A DNA stretch of 64,000 nucleotides from Leucoraja ocellata (GCA_036785375.1 JAWMAR010000622.1:868001-932000); one strand, 5' to 3'. Numbered from the stretch's first letter, positions 1 through 12,590 are shown. A program made the numbers and translations. Notes: generated from the letters alone by a model not told the origin.

Positions 1-869
1 GTCTCTGGCGCTGTGAGGCAGCAACTCTACCGCTGCGCCACCGTGCCGCCCTCAGCACTCAGCGTGATCAAGCAGCATCTGTGAAGGTGAACGGCCACGT
101 TTCGGGACTGCGTTGAGGAATTCATGGAGTGGGGGGGGGGTTATAAAGCAGCGGGAAGGAGATTGGTTGAATCAAGCGGGGGCGAGGCTTCAGACTGTAG
201 GGACCGGAAGATGGCCACACAATGGTGGAGTAGGAGCGGCGGTATCTCTGGAGAGAAGGAAGGGGCGTCGTTTCGCATCGAGACCCCCTTTTCATCACGG
301 AAATAGCCCCCCCCCCCCCCCCCCCCCCACAAGTCGGGGCCGACCCTCCCCCCCCCCCCCCCCCCACTGGAAGCAGGTAGTGAGACTGACAAAAACCTCC
401 GGGAACCGCACGGAAACCTTGGGTGGAGCGCAAAGTCTCCAGAGGTTTCCGTTCAGCTTTCCTAAGTGGGACAGGGGCATAAATCTCCAAACGCGGTCGT
501 CTTTGGAATGTTGGAGTGCGGGAAACCGGATCACCCAGAGAAAACCCACGCAATCACAGGAAAAACGGGTAAACTCCACATAGACAGCAGCCAAGGTCAG
601 GATCGAACCCAGGTCTCTGCGGCTGTGTAACGCTCCCCACTCACCTGTGTCTCACTATTATCTGCCATGCTTTGTTGTGCCTCTCCCCCTTTTCCATCCC
701 TCTTCTCCAACCACCTCCACCAAATCAGTTTGAAGATGTGTCTCGGCCCAGTATAGTACAGTTTGGTTTACAGATTTGTTTATTGTCACCTGCACCGAGG
801 TACAGCGAAAAGCTGTTGTTGCGTGCTAACCAGTCAGCGGAAAGACAATACATGATTACAATCGAGTGA

Positions 870-1240
870 CAAGGAAATAACATTCAGCGCCAGGTAAAAC
901 CAGCAGAGTCCGATCAATGATTGACCGAGGGTCACCAATGAGGTAAATAGTAGTTCTGCACTGCTTTCTGGTTGTAGTCGGGTGATTCAGTTGTCTGATA
1001 ACAGCTGGGAAGAAACTGTCCCTGAATCTGGAGGTGTGGGTTTTCACACTTCTGTACCTTTTGCCTGGTTGGAGTGGGGTGAAGAGAGAGTGGACAGGGT
1101 GTAACCCATCTTTGATTGTGCTGCTGGCCTTGCCGAGGCAGCGTGAGGTGTAGATGGAATCAATGGAAGGGAGGTTGGTTTGTGTGAGGGTCTGGGCTGC
1201 GTCCACAATTCGCAGCAATTTCTTGCGGTCTTGGATGGAG
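870..1240 (-). mobile_element. Rex1/Babar-type LINE 3' fragment (paralogs ~3420-3780, ~10925-11265, ~19780-20125, ~28810-29160)
   Basis: LPSIDSIYTSRCLGKASSTIKD.LHP.HSLF..L..GKRYRS.KT.TSRFRDSFFP.VIRQLN is a typical ORF2 C-terminus. Confidence 0.75.
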
Positions 1241-4200
1241 CTGTGACTCGAGGCTGTGTCGCCTTTCCGTGCTCTCCAGAGATGCTGCCAGACCCGCTGT
1301 GTTTACTCCAGCACTTTGTGTCCTTTTCTGATTATGCCTTATCAGTCACCGCCACGACATTTCCCTTTAGAGAATTACAGACAGAAAAAAGGAAGAATAG
1401 TGTTGTCACAGGATGTTACTGGGGGGTTATCAACTTAAATACGATGCGGTTGGTAACTTTCAGCACTGACTGCCCTCTCTGCTGCATCTTGTTCCAGTCC
1501 CATCTGTTTATCTGATCACTCACACGTATTTTTGTTCACGCTACGTGTGGTCTGGGACCGCAGTGGGCGATCGAATACGACAGCATCTGCAGCCAGGGTC
1601 CAAACCACACGAGTTAAACTATCTGCAGCTCGCCTCGCTAATGGGACAACGTTTCTTTGGTGTCGTTTACATAGAAACATAGAAAATGGGTGCAGGAGTA
1701 GGCCATTCGGCCCTTCGAGCCTGCACCGCCATTCAATATGATCATGGCTGATCATCCAACTCAGTATCCTGTACCTGCCTTCTCTCCATACCCCCTGATC
1801 CCTTTAGCCACAAGGGCCACATCTAACCCTCTCAAATATAGCCAGTGAACTGGCCTCAACTACCTTCTGTGGCAGTGAATTCGAAAGATTCGCCACTCTC
1901 TGTGTGAAAAATATTTTTCTCATCTCGGTCCTAAAAGACTTCTCCCTTATCCTTAAACTGTGTGTGGCCCCTTGTTCTGGACTTCCCCAACATCTGGAAC
2001 AAACTTCCTGCGTCTAGCCTGTCCAACCCCTTAAGAATTTTAGATATTAAAATCACTTTAATGTCCCCTCCCAGTCTAGCCCCTGCCTGCCTATTGTTTC
2101 AAACAGCCCTATAATCCCCACAGAAACCGTCATCTTTGGCCTCCCTTAAGGTCATAGGTGATAGGAGATAGGAGTAGAATTAGGTCATTTGCACGGTTAT
2201 TCCCAGATCCCTCTGTTCAACTGTATTCTTCAATTCAATTCAATTCTTCAATTTGCAAGACTGTGAGCAGTTTTGTGTCCCATAACTAGGGAAGGATGAG
2301 CAGGATGAGTTACCATTGTAGAGCGTGTAGAGGAGGTTTACTAGAATGATCCCGGGGATGATTGGGTTAATGTATGAGGAGCAATTGAAGACTCTGGGCC
2401 TGTACTCACTGGAGTTTAGAAGGGATGAGGAGGGATTTCATTGAAACTCCATTTGGTCCCCTAATTTGAGGAAGGCCATTCTTGCTATTGAGGGAGTGCA
2501 GCGTAGGTTTACAAAGTTTATTCCTGGGATGGCGGGACTGTCATATGCTGAGAGAATGGGACCGCTAGGCTTGTTAACTCTGCAGTTTAGAAGGATGAGA
2601 GGAGATCTCATTGAAAAGCATAAGATTGTTAAGGGGTTGGACACGCTAGAGGCAGGAAACATGGTCCCGATGTTGGGGGAGTCCGGGACCAGGGGCCACT
2701 GTTTAACAATAAGGAGTAAATCATTTAGAACGGAGTCGAGGAAACACAGAGAGTGGTGAGTCTGTGGAATTCTCTGCCTCAGAGGGCGGTGGAGGCCGGT
2801 TCTCTGGATGCTTTCAAGACAGAGCTAAATAGGGTTCTTAAAATAGCGGAGTCAGGGGATATGGGGAGAAGGCAGGAACGGGGTACTGATTGGGGATGAT
2901 CACCCATGATCACATTGAATGGCTGTGCTGGCTCGAAAGGACGAATGGCCTACTCCTGTACCTATTGTCTATTGACTATTGTCTGAACGTTGAGGCATGG
3001 ACCATTGCAACAGTCAAGAAACAATTAGACAGGTACATGGATATGAAAGGTTTGGAAAAATATGTGCCAAATGGAGGAAAGTTGGACGAGTGTAGATGGG
3101 GAATGTTCGTCGGTGTGGGCAAGTTGGGCCGAAGGGCCTGTTTTCAACGCTGTATGTCTCTTTGACTCTACCTGCCTATCAAGCTCCCCACTCACCTGTG
3201 CCTCACTATTACCTGCCATGCTTTGTTGTGCATCCCCCCCTTCCCCAAGTCCCACCACCTCCACCAAATCAGTTTGAAGATGGGTCTCGGCCCAGTATAG
3301 TACAGTTTGGTTTACAGATTTCTTTATTGTCACGCGCACCGAGGTACAGTGAAAAGCTGTTGCGTGCTAACCAGTCAGCGGAAAGACAATACATGATTAC
3401 AATCGAGTGACAAGGAAATAACATTCAGCGCCAGGTAATACCAGCAGAGTCCGATCAAGGGTAGACCGAGGGTCACCAATGAGGTAGATAGTAGTTCTGC
3501 ACTGCTCTCTGGTTGTAGTAGGGTGATTCAGTTGTCTGATAACAGCTGGGAAGAAACAGTCCCAGAATCTGGAGGTGTGCGTTTTCACACTTCTGTACCT
3601 TTTGCCTAGTTGGTGAGGGGTGAAGAGAGAGTGGACAGGGTGTAACTCGTCTTTGATTGTGCTGCTGGCCTTGCCGAGGCAGCGTGAGGTGTACATGGAA
3701 TCAATGGAAGGGAGGTTGGTTTGTGTGAGGGTCTGGGCTGCGTCCACAATTCGCAGCAATTTCTTGCGGTCTTGGATGGAGCTGTGACTCGAGGCTGTGT
3801 CGCCTTTCCGTGCTCTCCAGAGATGCTGCCAGACCCGCTGTGTTTACTCCAGCACTTTGTGTCCTTTTCTGATTATGCCTTATCAGTCACCGCCACGACA
3901 TTTCCCTTTAGAGAATTACAGACAGAAAAAAGACAGAATAGTGTTGTCACAGGATGTTACTGGGGGGTTGTCAACTTAAATACAATGTGGTTGGTACCTT
4001 TCAGCACTGACTGCCCTCTCTGCTGCATCTTGTTCCAGTCCCACCTGTTTATCTGATCACTCACACGCATTTTTGTTCACGCTACGTGTGGTCTGGGACC
4101 GCAGTGGGCGATCGAATACGACAGCATCTGCAGCCAGGGTCCAAACCACACGAGTTAAACTATCTGCAGCTCGCCTCGCTAATGGGACAACGTTTCTTTG

Positions 4201-5004
4201 GTGTCGTTTACATAGAAACATAGAAACATAGAAAATGGGTGCAGGAGTAGGCCATTCGGCCTTCGAGCCTGCACCGCCATTCAATGTGATCATGGCTGAT
4301 CATCCAACTCAGTATCCTGTACCTGCCTTATCTCCATACCCCCTGATCCCTTTAGCCACAAGGGCCACATCTAACCCCCTCTTAATTATAGCCCACGAAC
4401 TGGCCTCGACTACCTTCTGTGGCAGAGAATTCGAAAGATTCACCACTCTCTGTGTGAAAAATGTTTTTCTCATCTCGGTCCTAAAGGATTTCCCCTTATC
4501 CTTAAATTGTCACCCCTTGTTCTGGACTTCCCCAACATCGGGAACAATCTTCCTGCATCTAGCCTGTCCAACCCCTTAAGAATTTTAGATTTTAAATCAC
4601 TTTAATGTCCCCTCACAGTCTAGACCCTGCCTGCCTATTGTTTCAAACAGCCCTATAATCCCCACAGAAACCGTCATCTTTGGCCTCCAGTAAGGTCAAA
4701 AGTGATAGGAGTAGAATTAGGTCATTTTGCCCATCAAGTCTACTCCGCCATTGAATCATGGCTGATCTATATCTCCCTCTTAACCAAATTCCGCTACCCG
4801 CTCCCCTTAACCCCTGACACCCGTAATAATCAAGAATTTAACTCCCTCTGCCAGAATAATATCAATTGACGTCCTCCACAGCCATGTATGGCCATGAATT
4901 CCACGGACTCACCACCCTCTGACAAATTATATTCCTCCTCATCTCCTTCCTAAAAGATCGTCCTTTAATTCTGAGGCTATGATCTCTAGTCCTAGACACC
5001 CCCA

Positions 5005-5103
5005 CTAGTGGAAACATCCTCTCCACATCCACTCTATCCAAGCATCTCGCATATCCACAGTTTCACCAATGAATTCTTGGTGCATTCCATCCACGATCAA
5101 ACC
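5005..5103 (-). CDS. CD2/SLAM-like copy 1 (type A): putative cytoplasmic terminal exon
   Basis: Acceptor tccccttttccttcaag, phase 0, reads GLIVDGMHQEFIGETVDMRDAWIEWMWRGCFH*. Open in copies 1-3. The 3' part runs into a CR1 fragment. Confidence 0.5.
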   Translation of the reverse strand, partial: GLIVDGMHQEFIGETVDMRDAWIEWMWRGCFH

Positions 5104-5279
5104 CTTGAAGGAAAAGGGGACGGAGTGGGATAGTGGGAGAAATGAGCGCACAAACTTGTAAGGGAGAGGGAAGAGAGAGGGAGGGAGTGGGAGTGGGGAT
5201 GGGGGTGTGGGGGGGATGGGTTACAGATTATAGATTATTACCAGGAATTGTACGAAGTAAAATATTCAAATAGACTGAC

Positions 5280-5389
5280 CTGTACTGAGCTTGTCCTCTT
5301 GTAATACATGTAGCAAAATATAGCTGAGATGAAGATGATTGTGGCGGCTGTAATAAGTACACGGCTTGAGACTCTTAATGGCTTAGAAC
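5280..5389 (-). CDS. CD2/SLAM-like copy 1: transmembrane exon
   Basis: tctctcttcag|...|gtcagt, 110 nt, phase 1-0: GSKPLRVSSR VLITAATIIFISAIFCYMYY KRTSSVQ (20-aa hydrophobic helix followed by KR). Confidence 0.85.
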
Positions 5390-6006
5390 CTGAAGAGAGA
5401 TCAATATTTCAGTTGCCAATCTATTGGCGTGTTGGTGCATGGGAACAGAATCAGGGAGTTCAGGTCAGGTCAGTTTAGTTTAGTTTATTGTCACGTGTAC
5501 CGAGCTACAGTGAAAAGCTTTTTGTCGCGTGCTATCGAGTCAGCAGAAAGACAATACATGATTACAATCAATGCGTTTATAGCATAGATTCATGATAAAG
5601 GAACAACGTTTAGTGCAAGGTAAATTCCGGTCATGGAAGCCTTGTAACCCTGTCCTACTTAGGAAACCTGAATGGAAACCTCTGGAGACTTTGCGCCCCA
5701 CCTAAGGTTTCCGTGAGGTTCCCGGATGTTTTTGTCAGTCTCCCTACCTGCTTCCACTACCTGCAACCTCTGGCAACCACCTGCAACCTCCAGAAACCTT
5801 GGGTGGGCGGCGCAAAGTCTCCAGAGGTTTCCGTTCAGGTTTCCTAAGTGGGACAGGGGCATTACTCCAGCATGTTGTGCCTGTTTAAATAAATATATTT
5901 CCTGGTATCTTCCATCGAAAGGATTTGGGGATCTGTATAGGAACGAAATAAATAGCCCCTATTTTAATTGAGAAATGTGCTTAGTGGAAAATATGAAGCC
6001 ACAAAC

Positions 6007-6297
6007 CTTCATGGGCAGGACAGAGCTGTGTTAGATCCACGCTCCGCTTCTCCTCACTAACAGGGTTCCCCACGGTGCAGTTGTACACGCTGTTGGTGAT
6101 GGGTAGAGGTATGGAGAGTGCCAGCCTTCTCCCTTCATCAGTCAGTATGTGCGATCCATCTGCCGTGACCTTGCCATCTCCTGACCACCAAGTGTAGACT
6201 GGCTCGGTGCCGTGCTCCAGTGAACACACCAAGCTAACGTTACACACCCCGTCACTGAAGGCTTCACTGATAGTTATTATTGGTAATGACACTCGTT
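6007..6297 (-). CDS. CD2/SLAM-like copy 1: Ig C2-domain exon
   Basis: 291 nt, phase 1-1, cag|...|gtttgt. ERVSLPII...CNVSLVCS...YTW...YNCTVGNPVS: the CxxxLxC and YxCxxxNPVS motifs are typical of CD2/SLAM domain 2. Confidence 0.92.
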
Positions 6298-6921
6298 CTG
6301 TTTCAAAGAAAAGCACAAATACAAGCCATGGAATAATAACAATCAGAAGCTGCTAGCTATGAGTTTCCCACAAGAACATTAAGAGTAGGACACTGTTTAG
6401 TTTAAAGATACAACGCAGATACAAGCGCTTCGGCCCACCGAGTCCTCGCCCACCAACGATCCCCGCACACTAACACCATCCTACACACACTGCGGACAAT
6501 TCACAAACTATATACAGACAAGCACTAGTGCAAAATCCTTCCCGTGAGTTTACAAAAATGTATCGTCCAGTTTACACTTTGCCACCAAACCTAGATCGCA
6601 AGTAAACTTGTTATTAGCAGAGATAGTTTAATGACTGTGGCCCCTATCATCTTACAGGAATGTCAGATGGCTTGGAGAGATCTCCATTCAAGAACCCATC
6701 CTAATGCTCCACCATTAATATTCAAACAGCAAATACTGAGGATGGTTACCCAAATAATCAAGGACTGTAACCCATGTAATGTTTCAGTATTCACCCTGCC
6801 CGTATAACCCACACACTTGGACTCACGTCGTAAGCCTTATCTTGATCTCCCCTTATATCTTTAAGTTCTTAATGATTGTTAGATTGGAAAATGCACCGTT
6901 TATAAAATTGAAATAGATTAC

Positions 6922-7075
6922 CATATATCTTCAGTTCTGTCACTTGTACATGGACAGCCAGAGCCATCCTTAAGTTCATTTCATATAAACCTTGATCATG
7001 TTCTGTTAGGTTCTGTATTTCCAGACTACAGTCCTTCAGGTTTAACCTGATTCCCTGTTTGTTATATTGTATTGG
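6922..7075 (-). CDS. CD2/SLAM-like copy 1: Ig V-domain exon, 3' half only (cut by a 200-N gap)
   Basis: PIQYNKQGIRLNLKDCSLEIQNLTEHDQGLYEMNLRMALAVHVQVTELKIYG|gtaatc; paralogous to 14290-14619. Confidence 0.85.
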
Positions 7076-7669
7076 NNNNNNNNNNNNNNNNNNNNNNNNN
7101 NNNNNNNNNNNNNNNNNNNNNNNNNNNNNNNNNNNNNNNNNNNNNNNNNNNNNNNNNNNNNNNNNNNNNNNNNNNNNNNNNNNNNNNNNNNNNNNNNNNN
7201 NNNNNNNNNNNNNNNNNNNNNNNNNNNNNNNNNNNNNNNNNNNNNNNNNNNNNNNNNNNNNNNNNNNNNNNNNNNCACACACACACACACACACGCACAC
7301 ACATACACACACACACACACAGGGAGACGCACAGACAGACACACACACACACACATACACGCAGAGAGACACACGCACAGGAAAACACACACACAAACAC
7401 ACCTCCCTCTCTCTCCCAGGCCGCCTATGGGGAGTCTGGCGGGCACGGTGTAGCTGGCGCTGCCGTGTGAGTTGAAGGGCAGGAGGGAGGAGCGAGGCTG
7501 CAGCGGCGGACGGCAGCGCCGCGCTCACAGCCGGCAAACAGATGCGCTGACACCCGGCGGCTGCACATCCAACCAAGAGAGAAGATACGCGACGTCACTC
7601 ACAGCCGTCAACCGACGCGCTTCCCCAGGCCGTGCAGATCACTGTTGTGGCGCAAACTTGAGACAAACC

Positions 7670-7960
7670 GTGCAGCAAAGATCGTATAGGCCTCCAGAGT
7701 CCCCGTGGAAACCGCGAGTGTGTTCCCTCTCCAGGAACACGCAGGCACGGCGTAGACCCAGAACAGGGAGATTCCACCCTCCCGATCCACCCTCCCTACT
7801 CGCTGCCTTGTGCCCAAATACCGAAATCGTGGAACGAAAATACAGCCAGAAATTGAGGAGCAGCCCCTTCAGATACTGATACAGAGGCTGCAGCTTCTCG
7901 TACTCCATAAACACATGGAACACGGTCTGCCCCTCGCCGCAGAAGTTGTCAGTGGACCAT
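7670..7960 (-). mobile_element. Degraded Tx1/L1-clade LINE ORF2 3' fragment (zinc-finger region)
   Basis: NFCGEGQTVFHVFMEYEKLQPLYQYLKGLLLNFWLYF...IS.FGH and, after frameshifts, LEREH / AVSTGTLEA, resembling the Tx1 149-kDa protein C-terminus. Confidence 0.7.
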
Positions 7961-8111
7961 GTATTTAAACCTTGTGTTCATGTGACTCAGGCTTGTAACG
8001 CACAGAGCAAGGTTTACGAGAATGGCCCTGGTCATGATTGGGTTAACGGATGAGGAGCGTTTGATGACATGTGCAATTGGGCCGAAGGCCCTGTTTCTGT
8101 GCTGTAAGTCG

Positions 8112-8412
8112 CACGGGGGCACAGCCGTAGACTTGCTGCCTCACAGCGCCAGGGACCCGGGTTCGATCCTGACCACGGCTGCAGTATTTACAGAGTTTGG
8201 ACGTTCACCCTGTGACCGTGTGGGTTTTCTCCGGGTGCTCCGGTTTCCTCCCGCACTCCAAAGATGTACAGGTTTGTTGGTTAATTGGCTCCAGTAAAAT
8301 TATAAATTGCCCAAGTGTGTGGGATAGTGATACTGTGTACGGGGTGATCGCTGATCGGCGCGGACCCAATACGCCGAAGGGACTGTTTCCGTGCTGTACG
8401 ACTAAAGTATAA
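8112..8412 (+). mobile_element. HE1-like tRNA-derived V-SINE (others ~13840-14130, ~17150-17420, ~18730-18990, ~26045-26320, ~27620-27880, ~31690-31980, ~33690-33960, ~35260-35520, ~37605-37920, ~48940-49180, ~54025-54310)
   Basis: B-box ggttcgatcc, core gtgggttttctccgggtgctccggtttcctccc, CR1-like 3' tail; other copies end in (ctaaa)n. Confidence 0.85.
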
Positions 8413-8430
8413 AAAGTCGTTCAGTTAAAG

Positions 8431-8767
8431 CAGGTGGTTCCCAACCTTTTTTACCTCATGGGATCTTTTATTTTTCCGTGCCCCCCGACATTATTAAGGG
8501 AAAAAAGTACTTCAATGTTAAAATGCCTTCCATAAAAATATCAGGTCTATTAATTACACATATATTCTCTTTTATTGTATTCAACAAACATCAAAAATAT
8601 TTCAACTACATAGATTTAAATTTATTAGAACTGAAATTTAGGAGGCAACAGGGTTGTAGCTCTGTGGCCCCCTTCATTGAACCCGTGCCCCCCCCCCCCC
8701 CCCCCAAATGTTTCTGACCCCCCCCCCCACCCTGAAATTTGCCATGGCCCCAGGTTGGGAATCACTG
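8431..8767. mobile_element. hAT-type MITE
   Basis: TIRs cag(g)tggttcccaacct / aggttgggaatcactg; 8-bp TSD agttaaag / agttaaat. Confidence 0.8.
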
Positions 8768-8854
8768 AGTTAAATTATCAGCCGAGACTAACAGTGGAGG
8801 GGATTTAGTTCCAAGCACAATAACTTCTAAGGTGTTGGTGAGGCTACATTTACA

Positions 8855-9590
8855 AACCATATAACCATATAACAATTACAGCACGGAAACAGGCCATCTC
8901 GGCCCTACAAGTCCGTGCCGAACAACTTTTTACCCTTAGTCCCACCTGCCTGCACTCATACCATAACCCTCCATTCCCTTCTCATCCATATGCCTATCCA
9001 ATTTATTTTAAAATGATACCAACGAACCTGCCTCCACCACTTCCACTGGAAGCTCATTCCACACCGCTACCACTCTCTGAGTAAAGAAGTTCCCCCTCAT
9101 GTTACCCCTAAACTTCTGTCCCTTAATTCTGAAGTCATGTCCTCTTGTTTGAACCTTCCCTATTATCAAAGGAAAAGCTGGTCCACACCAACTCTGTCTA
9201 TCCCCCTCATCATTTTAAAGACCTCTATCAAGTCCCCCTTAACCTTCTGCGCTCCAGAGAATAAAGACCTAACTTATTCAAGCTTTCTCTGTAACTTAGT
9301 TGTTGAAACCCAGGCAACATTCTAGTAGATCTCCTCTGTACTCTCTCTATTTTGTTGACATCCTTCCTATAATTGGGCGACCAAAATTGTACACCATACT
9401 CCAGATTTGGTCTCACCAATGCCTTGTACAATTTTAACATTAAAATCCCAGCTTCTATACTCAATGCTCTGATTTATAAAGGCTAGCATACCAAAAGCTT
9501 TCTTTACCACCCTATCTTTATGAGATTCCACCTTCAAGGAACTATGCACGGTTATTCCCAGATCCCTCTGTTCAACTGTATTCTTCAATT
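8855..9590 (-). mobile_element. CR1 LINE 3' fragment with (ATATGGTT)n tail
   Basis: LYKALVRPNLEY.VQFWSP...ERVQRR.TRMLPG...LGLYSLERRRLRG. Confidence 0.9.
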
Positions 9591-9804
9591 CAATTCAATT
9601 CTTCAATTTGCAAGACTGTGAGCAGTTTGTGTCCCATAACTGGGGAAGGATGTGCAGGATGAGTTACCATTGTAGAGGGTGTAGAGGAGGTTTACTAGAA
9701 TGATCCCGGGGATGATTGGGTTAATGTATGAGGAGCAATTGAAGGCTCTGGGCCTGTACTCACTGGAGTTTAGAAGGATGAGGAGGGATTTCATTGAAAC
9801 TCCA

Positions 9805-10335
9805 TTTGGTCCCCTAATTTGAGGAAGGCCATTCTTGCTATTGAGGGAGTGCAGCGTAGGTTTACAAGGTTTATTCCTGGAATGGCGGGACTGTCATATG
9901 CTGAGAGAATGGAACCGCTAGGCTTGTTAACTCTGCAGTTTAGAAGGATGAGAGGAGATCTCATTGAAACGCATAAGATTGTTAAGGGGTTGGACACGCT
10001 AGAGGCAGGAAACATGTTCCCGATGTTGGGGAGTCCGGGACCAGGGGCCACTGTTTAACAATAAGGAGTAAATCATTTAGAACGGAGTCGAGGAAACACA
10101 GAGAGTGGTGATTCTGTGGAATTCTCTGCCTCAGAGGGCGGTGGAGGCCGGTTCTCTGGATGCTTTCAAGACAGAGCTAAATAGGGTTCTAAAAATAGCG
10201 GAGTCAGGGGATATGGGGAGAAGGCAGGAACGGGGTACTGATTGGGGATGATCACCCATGATCACATTGAATGGCTGTGCTGGCTCGAAAGGCCGAATGG
10301 CCTACTCCTGTACCTATTGTCTATTGACTATTGTC
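9805..10335 (+). mobile_element. CR1 LINE 3' fragment (duplicate at ~2450-2985)
   Basis: AIEGVQRRFTRFIPGMAGLSY.ER...RRMRGDLIETHKI.KGLD. Confidence 0.9.
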
Positions 10336-11694
10336 TGAACGTTGAGGCATGGACCATTGCAACAGTCAATAAACAATTAGACAGGTACATGGATATGAAA
10401 GGTTTGGAAGAATATGTGCCAAATGGAGGATTGTAGATGGGGCATGTTCGTCGGGGTGGGCAAGTTGGGCCGAAGGGCCTGTTTCAACGCTGTATGTCTC
10501 GTTGACTCTACCTGCCTATCAAGCTCCCCATTCACCTGTGCCTCACTATTACCTGCCATGCTTTGTTGTGCATCCCCCCCCCTTCCCCAAGTCAGTTTGA
10601 AGATGTGTCTCGGCCCAGTATAGTACAGTTTGGTTTACAGTTTTGTTTATTGTCACCTGCACTGAGGTACAGTGAAAAGCTGTTGTTGCGTGCTAACCAG
10701 TCAGCGGAAAGACAATACATGATTACAATCCAGTGACAAGGAAATAACATTCAGCGCCAGGTAATAACCATATAACCATATAACAATTACAGCACGGAAA
10801 CAGGCCATCTCGACCCTTCTAGTCCGTGCCGAACACATAATCTCCCCTAGTCCCATATACCTGCGCTCAGACCATAACCCTCCATTCCCTTCCCATCCAT
10901 ATAACTATCCAATTTATTTTTAATATCAGCAGAGTCCGATCAAGGGTAGACCGATGGTCACCAATGAGGTAGATAGTAGTTCTGCACTGCTCTCTGGTTG
11001 TAGTAGGGTGATTCAGTTGTCTGATAACAGCTGGGAAGTAACTGTCCCTGAATCTGGAGGTGTGCGTTTTCACACTTCTGTACCTTTTGCCTAGTTGGTG
11101 AGGGGTGAAGAGAAAGTGGACAGGGTGTAACTCGTCTTTGATTGTGCTGCTGGCCTTGCCGAGGAAGCGTGAGGTGTAGATGGAATCAATGGAAGGGAGG
11201 TTGGTTTGTGTGAGGGTCTGGGCTGCGTCCACAATTCGCAGCAATTTCTTGCGGTCTTGGATGGAGTTGTGACTCGAGGCTGTGTCGCCTTTCCGTGCTC
11301 TCCAGAGATGCTGCCAGACCCGCTGTGTTTACTCCAGCACTTTGTGTCCTTTTCTGATTATGCCTTATCAGTCACCGCCACGATATTTCCCTTTAGAGAA
11401 TTACAGCCAGAAAAAAGACAGAATAGTGTTGTCACAGGATGTTACTGGGGGGTTGTCAACTTAAATACAATGTGGTTGGTACCTTTCCGCACTGACTGCC
11501 CTCTCTGCTGCATCTTGTTCCAGTCCCACCTGTTTATCTGATCACTCACACGTATTTTTGTTCACGCTACGTGTGGTCTGGGACCGCAGTGGGCGATCGA
11601 ATACGACAGCATCTGCAGCCGGGGTCCAAACCACACGAGTTAAACTATCTGCAGCTCGCCTCGCTAATCGGACAACGATTCTTTGGTGTCGTTT

Positions 11695-12076
11695 ACATAG
11701 AAACATAGAAACATAGAAAATGGGTGCAGGAGTAGGCCATTCGGCCCTTCGAGCCTGCACCGCCATTCAATATGATCATGGCTGATCATCCAACTCAGTA
11801 TCCTGTACCTGCCTTCTCTCCATACCCCCTGATCCCTTTAGCCACAAGGGCCACATCTAACCCCCTCTTAATTATAGCCCATGAACTGGCCTCAACTACC
11901 TTCTGTGGCAGAGAATTCGAAAGATTCACCACTCTCTGTGTGAAAAATGTTTTTCTCATCTCGGTCCTAAAGGATTTCCCCCTTATCCTTAAATTGTCAC
12001 CCCTTGTTCTGGACTTCCCCAACATCGGGAACAATCTTCGTGCATCTAGCCTGTCCAACCCCTTAAGAATTTTAGA
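11695..12076 (-). mobile_element. CR1 LINE 3' end with (ATAGAAAC)n tail (paralogs ~1671-2042, ~4212-4586, ~20552-20930, ~29569-29948)
   Basis: LDRLDA.RLFPMLGKSRTRG...FFTQRVVNL.NSLPQKVVEA plus CR1 3' UTR. Confidence 0.9.
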
Positions 12077-12491
12077 TTTTAAATCACTTTAATGTCCCCT
12101 CCCAGTCTAGACCCTGCCTGCCTATTGTTTTAAACAGCCCTATAATCCCCACAGAAACCGTCATCTTTGGCCTCCAGTAAGGTCAAAAGTGATAGGAGTA
12201 GAATTAGGTCATTTGGCCCTTCAAGTCTACTCCGCCATTGAATCATGGCTGATCTATATCTCCCTCTTAACCAAATTCCCCTACCCGCTCCCCTTAACCC
12301 CTGACACCCGTAATAATCAAGAATCTAACTCCCTCTGCCATAATAATATCAATTGACATCCTCCACAGCCATGTATGGCCATGAATTCCACAGACTCACC
12401 ACCCTCTGACAAAATATATTCCACCTCATCTCCTTCCTATAAGATCGTCCTTTAATTCTGAGGCTATGATCTCTAGTCCTAGACACCCCCA

Positions 12492-12590
12492 CTAGTGGAA
12501 ACATCCTCTCCACATCCACTCTATCCAAGCATCTCGCATATCCACAGTTTCACCAATGAATTCTTGGTGCATTCCATCCACGATCAAATC
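12492..12590 (-). CDS. CD2/SLAM-like copy 2 (type B): putative cytoplasmic terminal exon
   Basis: Paralog of 5005-5103; DLIVDGMHQEF...RGCFH*. Confidence 0.5.
   Translation of the reverse strand, partial: DLIVDGMHQEFIGETVDMRDAWIEWMWRGCFH

Noticed and set aside
113-594. Pro/Gly-rich ORFs here and at ~27856-28506, ~35593-36307 and ~52488-53076
   Set aside because: Produced by poly-C/G runs within Penelope, MITE and SINE composites; frames are not conserved between duplicates.
4050-4210. Conserved non-transposon segment in each unit as an ITSM/ITIM tail exon of the CD2-like genes
   Set aside because: No TxYxxV/I or ITIM consensus, weak acceptor, and indels in copies 3 and 4; more likely 3' UTR or flank.
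8112-8190. tRNA-like A/B boxes
   Set aside because: Head of an HE1-like SINE; no complete cloverleaf.
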